From the NCBI RefSeq assembly GCF_017348835.2, contig NZ_CP071375.1: a DNA stretch of 64,000 bases, one strand, 5' to 3'. The DNA comes from Escherichia coli. Its GTDB lineage: Bacteria; Pseudomonadota; Gammaproteobacteria; Enterobacterales; Enterobacteriaceae. Position numbers and translations under genes: made by a program. A model generated the notes under the pieces. It did not search any database and was not told the origin of the DNA. It saw only the letters and a program-made list of their open reading frames with translations. This document shows, in pieces, positions 28,208 through 39,612 of this stretch (its first letter is position 1; each line of letters opens with the position of its first letter).

Positions 28208-30481
28208 TCACTTATCTTTCTTCAGCGCCCCTAGCGTTGGTGTTTCGTCAAAGAAGTTCCATGGTTTAAGCAGAGTATGTACCCATTCGGTCGGCATAAT
28301 CGGCCACTCTTCGGCGCGGGCCACATGTGTGGTGCCGGTGGTCATCCAGACAACGGCGTCGGTGTTGTCCAGCGACTCGTTATCCTTACTGTATTGTCCA
28401 AGACCGGTGTCATGAGTGGAACGGTTCGGATATTTGCCTTCCGGGAAACGCTCGCCAGGGTGATAACGCGTTACCCAAAGCTGCTTGTCCATAAAGCTTA
28501 AACGATGATAGATCCACTCGTCCGGCGCGAACTGGGCACCTTTTGCTACCGGGTGAGTACCACCTGCATAAGGAATAATTTGATAGGAAACCGGATTGCC
28601 CATGCGATTCTCTTTGTTCGGATTACTCAACAGACGAATCGTGCCCGGATCAAATTTCTGTGCGGCATCCTGTTCATTGCCGATGTTGTACTGATTAACT
28701 TGCATAGTACTGGTGCGTGGGCCACCGGCAGTATTCGGTTTTACCACCGGGTCCATCGCCACCAGGCTGTTATTTTCGCCATCTACATCCAGATCGAGGC
28801 GGAAATTATAAATATGTTGGTGTGTAGTACCCACGATATTGTGATCGATAAGCGTGCCGTAGCGCGTGTCATCTTTCGCCGTCTCATCGTGCATGGTTTT
28901 CGCTTTAACACCTTTCACCGCTTCGATGCCCGTAGCTCCGGCATCAATGCCAATAGTGCCGTTTTCATGGAAGATCCAGTCAAAAATGTAGTCATAGTTA
29001 CCCACTGTACTGATCCAGCGCACCACCAACTCCCGGCGTTCGGTACTGACGTTGGGCTGGCCCATTTCCTGATGCTTATACTCAGGCCCAGCATAACGTT
29101 CAAATACCGCGATAGCGCGAGGGATCTCCATCGGCACGCCAGTGTAGTCGGCGATGGTTTCATTAAGGAGCACTGCGTTAGACGGTGCATCTTTACCACG
29201 AGCAATTGGTGAGGTTAGCGTGCCCATACCGTAGTCACCAGAGTCCAGATACGCTTTAAAGTACCAGCCAATATCAGGATCACCGTAAGGCACAATCATG
29301 CCGCCGAGAGAACCTTCGTACATGACTTTGCGTTTAGTGCCATTGTCGTTATAAGTCACGGTGGAGATCATCGGCCCGACGCGCGAGTTCATGCTGAGGT
29401 GAAAATCCCAGTTTCGCCAGTGAATCATATCGCCAGTAATGGTGTAATTTTTACCTTCAGGCTCAATGATTTGCATAGGCTTAACTGCTGGAGCAACGCG
29501 GTCACGGCCATCAAATGGGCGTGCGGTCATTGGCACCGGAACTACCGGACCTTCTTCAATCTTAACGATTTTTTTCTGTTCTAAGTCAACGACCGCCACC
29601 AGGTTTTCGATGGGATGTGCCCAGTAGTTGCCATCACCGACATCAAGATAGCTGATGACTTTGAGCAACCGGGCATCTTGTTTCAGGCCATCTTTACCAT
29701 CGAAATAACCTACGGTCAGCGGCGTGGTAATCACTTTCTTCGCATCAGTAATACCGCGCTTCTTCACGGCAGCGGCAAATTCTTCACTGTTGTTAATAAT
29801 GTTTTGCACGCTGGCGAAATCATCCAGCAACACCATACCGTGGGCGTCTTTAATGGGTTGCCAGGAGAGCAGTTTGTTGTTTTGCAGATCCACCACCGCT
29901 TCGATGATATGTTTGCCGTCGAGCATAATGACGTCGGCTTTGCGTGGCTGGTCAACCGGTTTGTTTTCCAGCGCAAACGCCCAGACAGCTTCTTTATCTG
30001 GCGGTAGCAGGGAGATCTCAGTAAAACGGGTATTGGGTTTGAAGTCCGCGGAAGCTTTAACAATTTCAACGGCCTGTTTAATTTCGTCCGCAGTTAGCGC
30101 ATTAAGTGGGTGAGGGCGCTTTTCTACCTGAAAGGTTTGATCCAGCCCGGACTGGAAAACATCGTTAATAAAGGTGTCAGAAACCCAGGCTTTATTGTCT
30201 TTCATCACTACCGGTACTTGCAGTGCCAGAGGCTGACCATTAACAATTGCTGTTTGCGCACCAGGCTTCACTTTCACGTACGCGCCATCTTTAATCAGGG
30301 TAAAGAGCTGGGCGTAGTCGTCCCACTGCACATCGGCACCAAATTCTTTAAGCGTTTCATCCATTGGCACCATATGCGCTTCACCACCGTGGGCAAATAC
30401 CGGCGCTTGCCAGGCGAAACTTAAGGCGACTGCCAACGCCAGGGCTGTTTTACGGGCAGAATACAGAGAGGGGCTTCCCAT
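28208..30481 (-). CDS. tynA: Periplasmic copper amine oxidase (tyramine oxidase)
   Basis: 757 aa from MGSPSLYSARKT with a signal peptide; the ORF track extends 12 codons further upstream. Confidence 0.9.
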   Translation of the reverse strand: MGSPSLYSARKTALALAVALSFAWQAPVFAHGGEAHMVPMDETLKEFGADVQWDDYAQLFTLIKDGAYVKVKPGAQTAIVNGQPLALQVPVVMKDNKAWVSDTFINDVFQSGLDQTFQVEKRPHPLNALTADEIKQAVEIVKASADFKPNTRFTEISLLPPDKEAVWAFALENKPVDQPRKADVIMLDGKHIIEAVVDLQNNKLLSWQPIKDAHGMVLLDDFASVQNIINNSEEFAAAVKKRGITDAKKVITTPLTVGYFDGKDGLKQDARLLKVISYLDVGDGNYWAHPIENLVAVVDLEQKKIVKIEEGPVVPVPMTARPFDGRDRVAPAVKPMQIIEPEGKNYTITGDMIHWRNWDFHLSMNSRVGPMISTVTYNDNGTKRKVMYEGSLGGMIVPYGDPDIGWYFKAYLDSGDYGMGTLTSPIARGKDAPSNAVLLNETIADYTGVPMEIPRAIAVFERYAGPEYKHQEMGQPNVSTERRELVVRWISTVGNYDYIFDWIFHENGTIGIDAGATGIEAVKGVKAKTMHDETAKDDTRYGTLIDHNIVGTTHQHIYNFRLDLDVDGENNSLVAMDPVVKPNTAGGPRTSTMQVNQYNIGNEQDAAQKFDPGTIRLLSNPNKENRMGNPVSYQIIPYAGGTHPVAKGAQFAPDEWIYHRLSFMDKQLWVTRYHPGERFPEGKYPNRSTHDTGLGQYSKDNESLDNTDAVVWMTTGTTHVARAEEWPIMPTEWVHTLLKPWNFFDETPTLGALKKDK

Positions 30482-30728
30482 TATTAACCTCGTCAGATGT
30501 TGTGTTCTTGTTAGCAACCGCGCTCTGTGGGCGGTTTAGTCAGGTTCACATTATCAGTACTGATGTAAAGGGGATTGCCTGCACCTGCCAGGTTGTTTGG
30601 CAGGTGTGCCAGCTTTTCATACAGTGGGTGCCCTGAAAATACAGATACACATCATGCATAACGTGACAACGTCACAAAATTTGGTGAAATAAAAGGGCAA
30701 CTATTCGCCGTTGCCCTTCATTCACCGA

Positions 30729-32774
30729 TTAATCGACAAAATCACCGTGCTGCCTGGCCACCAGCGTCAGAATTGAATACAGCGCCACCGGGGTTTGATG
30801 TTGATTGAATACCTCTACCGCCCATTCCACCACACCTGTTGGTTTTTCTTCTGCGCTACGCTGTTTTTTCAGCGTCTTGCGCTTACAGGTGAGACGCACC
30901 TGGATGGTATCGCCTGGCTTTACGGGTTCGATAAAACGCAAGCTTTCCAGCCCGTAGTTAGCAATGACCGGACCGACACCGGCATCGACAAACAGACCCG
31001 CAGCCGCAGAAAGCACAAAATATCCATGTACCACACGCTCACCAAAAATAGATTCGGCAGCAGCAATTTTATCCATATGTGCATAGAAATGATCGCCGCT
31101 GAGGCAAGCAAAGTTAACAATATCGGCCTCTGTCATTGTGCGGCGGGGAGTCAACAGGCTGTCGCCTGGTTGCAGCTCCTCAAAATATTTGCGGAACGGA
31201 TGAATACGATCTTCTTCGACTTTCGCACCACGCACCCACTGTTTACTGATAGCGGCAAGCATCGACGGACTACCCTGTACAGCGGTTCGCTGCATGTAAT
31301 GTTTCACCGCTCGTAAACCACCTAATTCTTCACCGCCTCCTGCGCGACCAGGCCCACCATGTACCAGTTGTGGCAGTGGGGAGCCATGCCCGGTGGATTC
31401 TTTTGCCGATTCTTCATTGAGGATCTGAATTCGCCCATGCGTACGTGCCGCATCGGCAATAAACTGACGCGCAATTTGCGGATCAGCCGTCACCAGCGTT
31501 CCCGCAAGGCTACCGCCGCCTGCACAAGCCAGTTGCAGAGCATGTTGCTGGTTTTGTGCTGGCATTAGCGTTGCGACAGGGCCAAAGGCTTCTGTTGCAT
31601 GTACCGCCGGTGTTTCATCCGGCTGCGGACAGTACAATAAGGTTGGCGGGAAGAAGGCACCCGCAGCAGATAAATCCGCCTGACCACCGAGGCGAATCTC
31701 GCATCCTGCAGCCAGCAATGTGTTCACTTTTTCCTGCACATCGGCACGCTGCTCAGCATTTACCAGTGCGCCCATTTTCACGCCTTCCTGCGCAGGATCA
31801 CCGACCACGACTTTCTGTAATCGCGCAACCAGAGCGTCACTGACAGCATTAACCAATATTTGCGGCACAATAATCCGCCGGATTGCCGTACATTTTTGCC
31901 CGGCTTTTGTGGTCATCTCACGCACAACTTCACGAATAAACAGCGCAAACTCCGGGTGATCCGGGGTGACATCTTCGCCCAGTACGCAGCAGTTCAGGGA
32001 ATCAGCTTCCATAGTGAAGGGGATAGATTTGGCTACGATATTTGGCTGAACTCGCAGCATCTGTCCGGTCGCCGCTGACCCCGTGAAAGTCACCACATCC
32101 TGGCTGTCCAGATGATCCAACAAGTCGCCCGCACTACCGCAGATCAGACTAATTGCGCCTTCGGGAACAAGACCACTATCGACAATTGATTTCACCATCG
32201 CCTGAGTCAGTTGGGCCGTCGCGGTGGCTGGTTTGATGATGGCTGGCATTCCGCCCAGCCACGTTGGTGCCAGCTTTTCCAGCATTCCCCAGCAGGGGAA
32301 GTTAAAGGCGTTAATATGCACTGCCACGCCTGACTTTGAGGTCAGTACATGGCGCGCGGCAAATCCACCTTCTTTCGATAATGGGATCAATTCATCTTCC
32401 GGCCACAGCGTATCGTCAGGCAGCTCCCGGATACCGAGGCTGGCGTAAGTAAATAACGTCCCAATACCGCCTTCAATATCAACCCAACTGTCTGCCCGCG
32501 TTGCGCCTGTTTGCGCAGAAAGAGCATAGAAACGCTCTTTTTCACTCAGCAGATGTTTAGCGACCGCTTTAAGCATCGCCGCACGTTCGATAAAGGTCAT
32601 AGCGCGAAGGGCTGGGGCACCTTTTTCAATGGCAAACAGGCGGGCAGCCGCCATATCAAGACCTTCACTGGTCACTTCCCATAACGCCTCGCCGCTAATA
32701 GCGTGATGAATCAAACGGCTACGGCCCCGGCCAGACTGCCAGGTACCGGATAAGAAACTGGCTAACTGCTGCAT
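30729..32774 (-). CDS. paaZ: Bifunctional oxepin-CoA hydrolase / aldehyde dehydrogenase PaaZ
   Basis: 681 aa with an aldehyde dehydrogenase N-domain and MaoC hydratase C-domain; divergent from paaA. Confidence 0.9.
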   Translation of the reverse strand: MQQLASFLSGTWQSGRGRSRLIHHAISGEALWEVTSEGLDMAAARLFAIEKGAPALRAMTFIERAAMLKAVAKHLLSEKERFYALSAQTGATRADSWVDIEGGIGTLFTYASLGIRELPDDTLWPEDELIPLSKEGGFAARHVLTSKSGVAVHINAFNFPCWGMLEKLAPTWLGGMPAIIKPATATAQLTQAMVKSIVDSGLVPEGAISLICGSAGDLLDHLDSQDVVTFTGSAATGQMLRVQPNIVAKSIPFTMEADSLNCCVLGEDVTPDHPEFALFIREVVREMTTKAGQKCTAIRRIIVPQILVNAVSDALVARLQKVVVGDPAQEGVKMGALVNAEQRADVQEKVNTLLAAGCEIRLGGQADLSAAGAFFPPTLLYCPQPDETPAVHATEAFGPVATLMPAQNQQHALQLACAGGGSLAGTLVTADPQIARQFIADAARTHGRIQILNEESAKESTGHGSPLPQLVHGGPGRAGGGEELGGLRAVKHYMQRTAVQGSPSMLAAISKQWVRGAKVEEDRIHPFRKYFEELQPGDSLLTPRRTMTEADIVNFACLSGDHFYAHMDKIAAAESIFGERVVHGYFVLSAAAGLFVDAGVGPVIANYGLESLRFIEPVKPGDTIQVRLTCKRKTLKKQRSAEEKPTGVVEWAVEVFNQHQTPVALYSILTLVARQHGDFVD

Positions 32775-33006
32775 CGCTACTCTCCAGATGTTTCACATTT
32801 CTGTTGCTAATAGTTAAATCACGAATCATAAAAAGCAAGGCGTATTTTAACGAAATGTTAACTGTGCGATCTGTATATCAACTACTAAAAACATTAATGC
32901 ACTGATAAATAATGAGATATAAAAATAGGATGCGAAATCCGTCACAGTTCAAACATACAAAATTTGTGATTTTAGTTAACCGTTGTGTAACTTTCATAAA
33001 ACAACG

Positions 33007-33045
33007 TGATTCGTGTTTTTAATTAATTCACGAAAACTGGAATCG
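33007..33045. promoter_or_regulatory. Candidate PaaX operator in the paaA promoter region
   Basis: TGATTC (33007-33012), 27 nt, GAATCG (33040-33045); resembles the PaaX operator TGATTC-N27-GAATCA as recalled from the literature. Confidence 0.35.
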
Positions 33046-33058
33046 TAAAGGTGATGAC

Positions 33059-33988
33059 GTGACCCAAGAAGAACGCTTTGAGCAACGGATAGCCCAGGAA
33101 ACGGCTATCGAGCCGCAGGACTGGATGCCCGATGCTTACCGAAAGACACTGATCCGCCAGATTGGGCAGCATGCGCACTCCGAGATTGTTGGTATGTTGC
33201 CTGAAGGTAACTGGATCACTCGCGCACCAACCTTGCGGCGTAAAGCCATTCTGTTGGCCAAAGTGCAGGATGAAGCCGGTCATGGTCTGTATCTCTATAG
33301 CGCCGCCGAAACACTGGGCTGCGCCAGAGAAGACATCTACCAAAAAATGCTCGACGGACGGATGAAATATTCCTCCATCTTTAATTATCCGACATTGAGT
33401 TGGGCTGATATCGGCGTTATCGGCTGGCTGGTGGATGGCGCAGCGATCGTCAATCAGGTGGCGTTATGCCGCACTTCTTATGGCCCGTATGCCAGAGCAA
33501 TGGTGAAAATCTGCAAAGAAGAGAGTTTTCACCAGCGTCAGGGGTTTGAAGCCTGCATGGCACTGGCGCAGGGCAGCGAAGCTCAAAAGCAGATGTTGCA
33601 AGACGCCATTAACCGTTTCTGGTGGCCAGCCTTAATGATGTTCGGGCCAAACGATGATAACTCACCAAACAGCGCCAGAAGTCTCGCCTGGAAAATCAAA
33701 CGTTTCACCAACGACGAACTCCGCCAGCGTTTCGTGGATAACACCGTTCCACAGGTTGAAATGCTCGGTATGACCGTTCCTGACCCGGATCTGCATTTTG
33801 ACACTGAAAGCGGTCACTACCGCTTTGGTGAGATCGACTGGCAGGAGTTTAACGAAGTAATTAACGGTCGCGGAATTTGTAATCAGGAGCGGCTCGACGC
33901 CAAACGTAAAGCCTGGGAAGACGGTACCTGGGTACGGGAAGCAGCACTGGCCCATGCACAAAAACAACTTGCCCGTAAGGTCGCATAA
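33059..33988 (+). CDS. paaA: Phenylacetyl-CoA 1,2-epoxidase subunit A
   Basis: 309 aa from [14 protein letters not shown]; ferritin-like di-iron oxygenase. Confidence 0.9.
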   Translation: MTQEERFEQRIAQETAIEPQDWMPDAYRKTLIRQIGQHAHSEIVGMLPEGNWITRAPTLRRKAILLAKVQDEAGHGLYLYSAAETLGCAREDIYQKMLDGRMKYSSIFNYPTLSWADIGVIGWLVDGAAIVNQVALCRTSYGPYARAMVKICKEESFHQRQGFEACMALAQGSEAQKQMLQDAINRFWWPALMMFGPNDDNSPNSARSLAWKIKRFTNDELRQRFVDNTVPQVEMLGMTVPDPDLHFDTESGHYRFGEIDWQEFNEVINGRGICNQERLDAKRKAWEDGTWVREAALAHAQKQLARKVA

Positions 33989-33999
33989 GGAGATTCAAA

Positions 34000-34287
34000 A
34001 TGAGTAATGTTTACTGGCCGTTATACGAAGTTTTCGTGCGTGGCAAACAGGGCTTATCACACCGCCATGTTGGCAGTTTACATGCTGCCGATGAGCGGAT
34101 GGCACTGGAAAATGCCCGTGATGCTTACACCCGTCGTAGCGAAGGATGTTCAATTTGGGTGGTGAAGGCGAGTGAAATTGTTGCCTCGCAACCGGAAGAG
34201 CGCGGTGAATTTTTTGATCCGGCTGAAAGCAAGGTCTATCGCCATCCAACGTTTTACACCATCCCTGATGGCATTGAGCACATGTGA
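34000..34287 (+). CDS. paaB: Phenylacetyl-CoA epoxidase subunit B
   Basis: 95 aa, MSNVYWPLYEVFVRGKQGLSHRHVGSLHAAD. Confidence 0.9.
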   Translation: MSNVYWPLYEVFVRGKQGLSHRHVGSLHAADERMALENARDAYTRRSEGCSIWVVKASEIVASQPEERGEFFDPAESKVYRHPTFYTIPDGIEHM

Positions 34288-34295
34288 GGTCGGAA

Positions 34296-35041
34296 ATGAA
34301 TCAGTTAACGGCTTACACCTTGCGCCTGGGCGATAACTGTCTGGTGCTCTCCCAGCTGTTGGGTGAATGGTGCGGTCATGCACCGGAACTGGAAATCGAT
34401 CTCGCACTGGCAAACATTGGCCTCGATTTATTAGGTCAGGCACGCAACTTCTTATCGTATGCCGCTGAATTAGCGGGAGAAGGCGATGAAGATCCCTGGC
34501 CTTCACCCGAGACGAGCGCCAGTTCAGCAACTTATTGTTGGTTGAACAACCAAACGGCAATTTTGCCGACACCATTGCACGCCAGTATTTCATCGATGCA
34601 TGGCATGTGGCGCTCTTTACCCGTCTGATGGAAAGCCGTGATCCGCAACTGGCAGCGATTTCTGCCAAAGCAATTAAAGAAGCGCGTTATCACCTGCGTT
34701 TTAGTCGTGGCTGGCTGGAGCGACTGGGCAATGGTACTGACGTATCAGGGCAAAAGATGCAGCAGGCCATCGACAAGTTGTGGCGTTTTACTGCCGAACT
34801 GTTCGATGCCGACGAGATTGATATTGCACTGAGTGAAGAGGGTATTGCGGTTGATCCACGCACTTTACGCGCAGCGTGGGAAGCCGAAGTTTTTGCCGGA
34901 ATCAACGAAGCCACATTGAACGTGCCGCAAGAGCAGGCGTATCGCACTGGCGGTAAAAAAGGACTGCATACCGAACACCTTGGGCCAATGCTGGCAGAAA
35001 TGCAGTATCTCCAGCGTGTCTTGCCCGGTCAGCAGTGGTAA
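34296..35041 (+). pseudogene. paaC: paaC disrupted by a 1-nt frameshift near 34494
   Basis: The N-terminal 66 codons (MNQLTAY...GEGDED) are in one frame and the remainder (LAFTRDERQFSNLLLVEQPNGNF...LPGQQW) in the +1 frame. The two pieces sum to exactly the 248-aa PaaC length if one base is restored at gat|ccctgg. The ORF track shows this as 34284..34628 plus 34535..35041. Confidence 0.75.
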
Positions 35042-35055
35042 CAGAGGAGATGGGT

Positions 35056-35553
35056 ATGCAACGTCTGGCCACCATTGCACCGCCACAGGTGCATGAGATA
35101 TGGGCGCTACTCAGCCAGATCCCGGACCCGGAGATCCCGGTGCTGACCATTACCGATTTAGGCATGGTGCGTAATGTGACACAGATGGGAGAAGGATGGG
35201 TGATCGGCTTTACGCCGACATATTCCGGTTGTCCGGCAACGGAACATTTGATTGGCGCGATACGTGAGGCAATGACAACCAACGGGTTTACCCCCGTTCA
35301 GGTTGTGCTGCAACTCGACCCGGCATGGACCACCGACTGGATGACCCCCGATGCCCGTGAGCGTCTGCGACAGTATGGCATTAGCCCGCCCGCCGGGCAC
35401 AGTTGTCATGCCCATTTGCCGCCAGAAGTACGTTGCCCGCGTTGCGCCAGCGTCCATACCACACTTATCAGTGAATTTGGTTCCACGGCCTGCAAAGCAT
35501 TGTATCGCTGCGATAGTTGCCGCGAACCTTTCGATTATTTCAAATGTATTTGA
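35056..35553 (+). CDS. paaD: Phenylacetate degradation protein PaaD
   Basis: 165 aa from MQRLATIAPPQVHEIWALL; C-terminal Cys cluster. Confidence 0.85.
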   Translation: MQRLATIAPPQVHEIWALLSQIPDPEIPVLTITDLGMVRNVTQMGEGWVIGFTPTYSGCPATEHLIGAIREAMTTNGFTPVQVVLQLDPAWTTDWMTPDARERLRQYGISPPAGHSCHAHLPPEVRCPRCASVHTTLISEFGSTACKALYRCDSCREPFDYFKCI

Positions 35554-35560
35554 GGATGCC

Positions 35561-36631
35561 ATGACAACGTTTCATTCCTTAACGGTGGCAAAAGTGGAGC
35601 CGGAAACCCGTGATGCGGTGACCATTACCTTTGCGGTGCCCCAGCCTTTGCAGGAGGCGTATCGCTTTCGCCCCGGTCAACACTTGACCTTAAAAGCCAG
35701 CCTTGATGGTGAAGAATTACGCCGTTGTTACTCCATTTGCCGCAGCTACCTGCCTGGCGAAATTAGTGTGGCGGTGAAAGCCATTGAAGGCGGACGTTTC
35801 TCCCGCTATGCCCGCGAACACATCCGCCAGGGGATGACGCTGGAGGTCATGGTGCCGCAGGGGCATTTCGGCTATCAGCCGCAGGCCGAACGCCAGGGCC
35901 GCTATCTGGCAATTGCAGCAGGATCAGGTATTACGCCAATGCTGGCGATTATCGCCACCACTTTACAAACCGAGCCTGAAAGTCAGTTCACCCTGATCTA
36001 CGGTAACCGTACCAGCCAGAGCATGATGTTTCGCCAGGCACTGGCAGACCTGAAAGACAAATATCCTCAGCGTTTACAGTTGTTGTGCATTTTCAGTCAG
36101 GAAACCCTCGACAGCGATCTGCTTCACGGGCGTATTGACGGTGAAAAATTACAGTCAATTGGGACCTCGCTCATTAATTTTCGTCTTTATGATGAAGCGT
36201 TTATTTGTGGTCCGGCGGCGATGATGGATGACGCGGAAACCGCCTTAAAAGCACTGGGAATGCCAGAAAAAGCGATTCATCTGGAGCGGTTTAATACGCC
36301 TGGCACGCGCGTCAAACGTAACGTTAACGTGCAAAGTGACGGACAAAAAGTGACTGTGCGTCAGGATGGGCGGGATCGGGAAATCGTGCTTAATGCCGAC
36401 GATGAAAGCATTCTCGATGCGGCATTGCGCCAGGGGGCGGATCTGCCCTATGCCTGCAAAGGCGGCGTCTGTGCGACCTGCAAATGCAAAGTGCTGCGTG
36501 GCAAAGTGGCGATGGAAACCAATTACAGTCTGGAACCGGATGAACTGGCCGCAGGCTATGTGTTGAGTTGCCAGGCACTGCCGCTGACCAGCGATGTGGT
36601 GGTTGACTTTGACGCGAAGGGGATGGCATGA
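35561..36631 (+). CDS. paaE: Phenylacetyl-CoA epoxidase reductase subunit PaaE
   Basis: 356 aa from MTTFHSLTVAKVEPETRDAV; FNR-like reductase with a C-terminal 2Fe-2S ferredoxin (CKGGVCATCKCKVLRG). Confidence 0.9.
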   Translation: MTTFHSLTVAKVEPETRDAVTITFAVPQPLQEAYRFRPGQHLTLKASLDGEELRRCYSICRSYLPGEISVAVKAIEGGRFSRYAREHIRQGMTLEVMVPQGHFGYQPQAERQGRYLAIAAGSGITPMLAIIATTLQTEPESQFTLIYGNRTSQSMMFRQALADLKDKYPQRLQLLCIFSQETLDSDLLHGRIDGEKLQSIGTSLINFRLYDEAFICGPAAMMDDAETALKALGMPEKAIHLERFNTPGTRVKRNVNVQSDGQKVTVRQDGRDREIVLNADDESILDAALRQGADLPYACKGGVCATCKCKVLRGKVAMETNYSLEPDELAAGYVLSCQALPLTSDVVVDFDAKGMA

Positions 36632-37395
36632 GCGAACTGATCGTCAGCCGTCAGCAACGAGTATTGTTGCTGACCCTTAACCGTCCTGCCGCACGTAATG
36701 CGCTGAATAATGCCCTGCTGACGCAACTGGTAAATGAACTGGAAGCTGCGGCTATCGATACCAGCATTTCGGTCTGTGTGATTACCGGTAATGCACGCTT
36801 TTTTGCCGCCGGGGCCGATCTCAACGAAATGGCGGAAAAAGATCTTGCGGCCACCTTAAACGATACACGTCCGCAGCTATGGGCGCGATTGCAGGCCTTT
36901 AACAAACCACTCATCGCAGCCGTCAACGGTTACGCGCTTGGTGCGGGTTGCGAACTGGCATTGTTGTGCGATGTGGTGGTTGCCGGAGAGAACGCGCGTT
37001 TTGGGTTGCCGGAAATCACTCTCGGCATCATGCCTGGCGCAGGCGGAACGCAACGTTTAATCCGTAGTGTCGGTAAATCGTTAGCCTGCAAAATGGTGCT
37101 GAGCGGAGAAAGCATCACCGCCCAGCAAGCACAGCAGGCCGGGCTGGTTAGCGACGTCTTTCCCAGCGATTTAACCCTCGAATACGCCTTACAACTGGCA
37201 TCGAAAATAGCACGTCACTCGCCGCTGGCCTTACAAGCGGCAAAGCAAGCGCTGCGCCAGTCGCAGGAAGTGGCTTTGCAAGCCGGACTTGCCCAGGAGC
37301 GACAGTTATTCACCTTGCTGGCGGCAACAGAAGATCGTCATGAAGGCATCTCTGCTTTCTTACAAAAACGCACGCCTGACTTTAAAGGACGCTAA
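36628..37395 (+). CDS. paaF: Enoyl-CoA hydratase PaaF
   Basis: 255 aa, crotonase fold. Confidence 0.9.
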   Translation: MSELIVSRQQRVLLLTLNRPAARNALNNALLTQLVNELEAAAIDTSISVCVITGNARFFAAGADLNEMAEKDLAATLNDTRPQLWARLQAFNKPLIAAVNGYALGAGCELALLCDVVVAGENARFGLPEITLGIMPGAGGTQRLIRSVGKSLACKMVLSGESITAQQAQQAGLVSDVFPSDLTLEYALQLASKIARHSPLALQAAKQALRQSQEVALQAGLAQERQLFTLLAATEDRHEGISAFLQKRTPDFKGR

Positions 37396-38183
37396 TGATG
37401 GAATTCATCCTCAGTCATGTAGAAAAGGGCGTGATGACACTAACGCTCAACCGCCCGGAACGCCTGAACAGTTTTAATGATGAGATGCACGCACAACTGG
37501 CAGAGTGCCTGAAACAGGCCGAGCGCGACGACACTATCCGTTGCCTGTTGATTACAGGTGCCGGACGTGGATTTTGTGCTGGTCAGGATCTTAACGATCG
37601 TAACGTTGATCCCACAGGCCCCGCACCGGATTTAGGGATGTCAGTTGAACGTTTCTATAACCCACTGGTACGTCGCCTGGCAAAACTGCCAAAACCAGTG
37701 ATCTGTGCAGTTAATGGCGTGGCTGCAGGGGCAGGCGCAACACTGGCACTGGGGTGCGATATCGTTATTGCTGCCCGTTCAGCAAAATTCGTCATGGCTT
37801 TTAGTAAGTTAGGCTTAGTACCCGATTGCGGTGGAACCTGGTTACTGCCACGCGTTGCTGGACGAGCGCGCGCCATGGGGCTGGCACTGCTGGGGAATCA
37901 ACTGAGTGCTGAACAGGCGCACGAATGGGGGATGATCTGGCAGGTTGTTGATGATGAAACGCTGGCAGATACCGCGCAACAGCAGGCACGGCATCTGGCG
38001 ACACAACCGACATTTGGTCTTGGACTTATCAAGCAAGCGATAAATAGCGCTGAAACCAATACGCTTGATACGCAACTGGATCTGGAACGCGACTATCAGC
38101 GACTTGCCGGACGGAGCGCAGATTATCGTGAAGGTGTCAGTGCGTTCCTGGCTAAACGCTCACCGCAGTTCACGGGGAAATAG
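37395..38183 (+). CDS. paaG: 1,2-epoxyphenylacetyl-CoA isomerase PaaG
   Basis: 262 aa, crotonase family. Confidence 0.9.
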   Translation: MMEFILSHVEKGVMTLTLNRPERLNSFNDEMHAQLAECLKQAERDDTIRCLLITGAGRGFCAGQDLNDRNVDPTGPAPDLGMSVERFYNPLVRRLAKLPKPVICAVNGVAAGAGATLALGCDIVIAARSAKFVMAFSKLGLVPDCGGTWLLPRVAGRARAMGLALLGNQLSAEQAHEWGMIWQVVDDETLADTAQQQARHLATQPTFGLGLIKQAINSAETNTLDTQLDLERDYQRLAGRSADYREGVSAFLAKRSPQFTGK

Positions 38184-38184
38184 C

Positions 38185-39612
38185 ATGATGATAAATGTGC
38201 AAACTGTGGCAGTGATTGGGAGCGGCACCATGGGGGCTGGCATTGCTGAAGTTGCCGCCAGTCATGGACATCAGGTTTTACTGTATGACATATCTGCTGA
38301 AGCGCTGACCCGCGCAATCGACGGGATACACGCGCGGCTAAATTCACGCGTGACGCGGGGAAAACTGACTGCTGAAACCTGTGAACGCACATTGAAACGC
38401 CTGATCCCGGTGACCGATATTCACGCCCTGGCAGCTGCGGACCTGGTCATTGAAGCGGCGTCTGAGCGTCTGGAAGTCAAAAAAGCGCTCTTTCTACAGC
38501 TGGCGGAAGTTTGCCCGCCACAAACGCTATTGACCACTAACACTTCGTCAATCTCTATAACCGCGATTGCTGCGGAGGTAAAAAATCCTGAACGTGTTGC
38601 GGGGCTGCATTTTTTTAACCCGGCACCGGTGATGAAGTTGGTGGAGGTGGTCAGTGGGCTGGCAACGGCAGCGGAAGTTGTTGAGCAGTTGTGTGAACTA
38701 ACGTTGAGTTGGGGTAAGCAGCCTGTGCGCTGTCATTCGACTCCTGGATTTATCGTTAACCGTGTTGCGCGTCCTTATTATTCCGAGGCCTGGCGGGCAC
38801 TGGAAGAGCAGGTTGCTGCACCAGAAGTGATTGACGCTGCACTTCGCGATGGCGCTGGTTTCCCGATGGGGCCGCTGGAATTAACCGATCTGATTGGTCA
38901 GGACGTCAATTTTGCTGTCACCTGTTCGGTGTTTAACGCTTTCTGGCAGGAGCGTCGTTTTTTGCCTTCGCTGGTGCAACAGGAACTGGTGATTGGTGGA
39001 CGGTTGGGCAAAAAAAGTGGGCTGGGCGTGTACGACTGGCGCGCGGAACGTGAGGCAGTTGTTGGCCTGGAAGCGGTAAGCGACAGTTTTAGCCCAATGA
39101 AAGTAGAAAATAAAAGTGACGGCGTCACGGAAATTGACGATGTTTTATTGATTGAGACACAAGGCGAGACGGCACAGGCGCTGGCAACACGATTGGCGCG
39201 CCCGGTGGTAGTTATCGACAAAATGGCGGGCAAGGTGGTGACCATTGCTGCGGCAGCGGTGAACCCGGACTCAGCGACCCACAAGGCCATTTATTACCTG
39301 CAACAACAGGGAAAAACAGTGCTGCAAATTGCAGATTACCCAGGAATGCTGATTTGGCGAACGGTAGCAATGATCATCAATGAAGCCCTCGATGCGCTGC
39401 AAAAAGGCGTGGCCTCTGAACAGGATATCGATACCGCCATGCGTCTTGGGGTGAATTATCCATATGGCCCACTTGCCTGGGGAGCGCAACTTGGCTGGCA
39501 GCGAATATTAAGGCTCCTGGAAAATCTACAGCATCACTATGGCGAAGAACGCTATCGCCCATGTTCATTGCTGCGCCAACGGGCGCTTCTGGAGAGCGGT
39601 TATGAGTCATAA
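38185..39612 (+). CDS. paaH: 3-hydroxyadipyl-CoA dehydrogenase PaaH
   Basis: 475 aa from MMINVQTVAVIGSGTMGAGIAEVAASHG (NAD-binding Rossmann motif). Confidence 0.9.
   Translation: MMINVQTVAVIGSGTMGAGIAEVAASHGHQVLLYDISAEALTRAIDGIHARLNSRVTRGKLTAETCERTLKRLIPVTDIHALAAADLVIEAASERLEVKKALFLQLAEVCPPQTLLTTNTSSISITAIAAEVKNPERVAGLHFFNPAPVMKLVEVVSGLATAAEVVEQLCELTLSWGKQPVRCHSTPGFIVNRVARPYYSEAWRALEEQVAAPEVIDAALRDGAGFPMGPLELTDLIGQDVNFAVTCSVFNAFWQERRFLPSLVQQELVIGGRLGKKSGLGVYDWRAEREAVVGLEAVSDSFSPMKVENKSDGVTEIDDVLLIETQGETAQALATRLARPVVVIDKMAGKVVTIAAAAVNPDSATHKAIYYLQQQGKTVLQIADYPGMLIWRTVAMIINEALDALQKGVASEQDIDTAMRLGVNYPYGPLAWGAQLGWQRILRLLENLQHHYGEERYRPCSLLRQRALLESGYES

Noticed and set aside
28505-30636. Several 100-235-aa plus-strand ORFs across tynA
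   Set aside because: Antisense to the conserved 757-aa amine oxidase gene.
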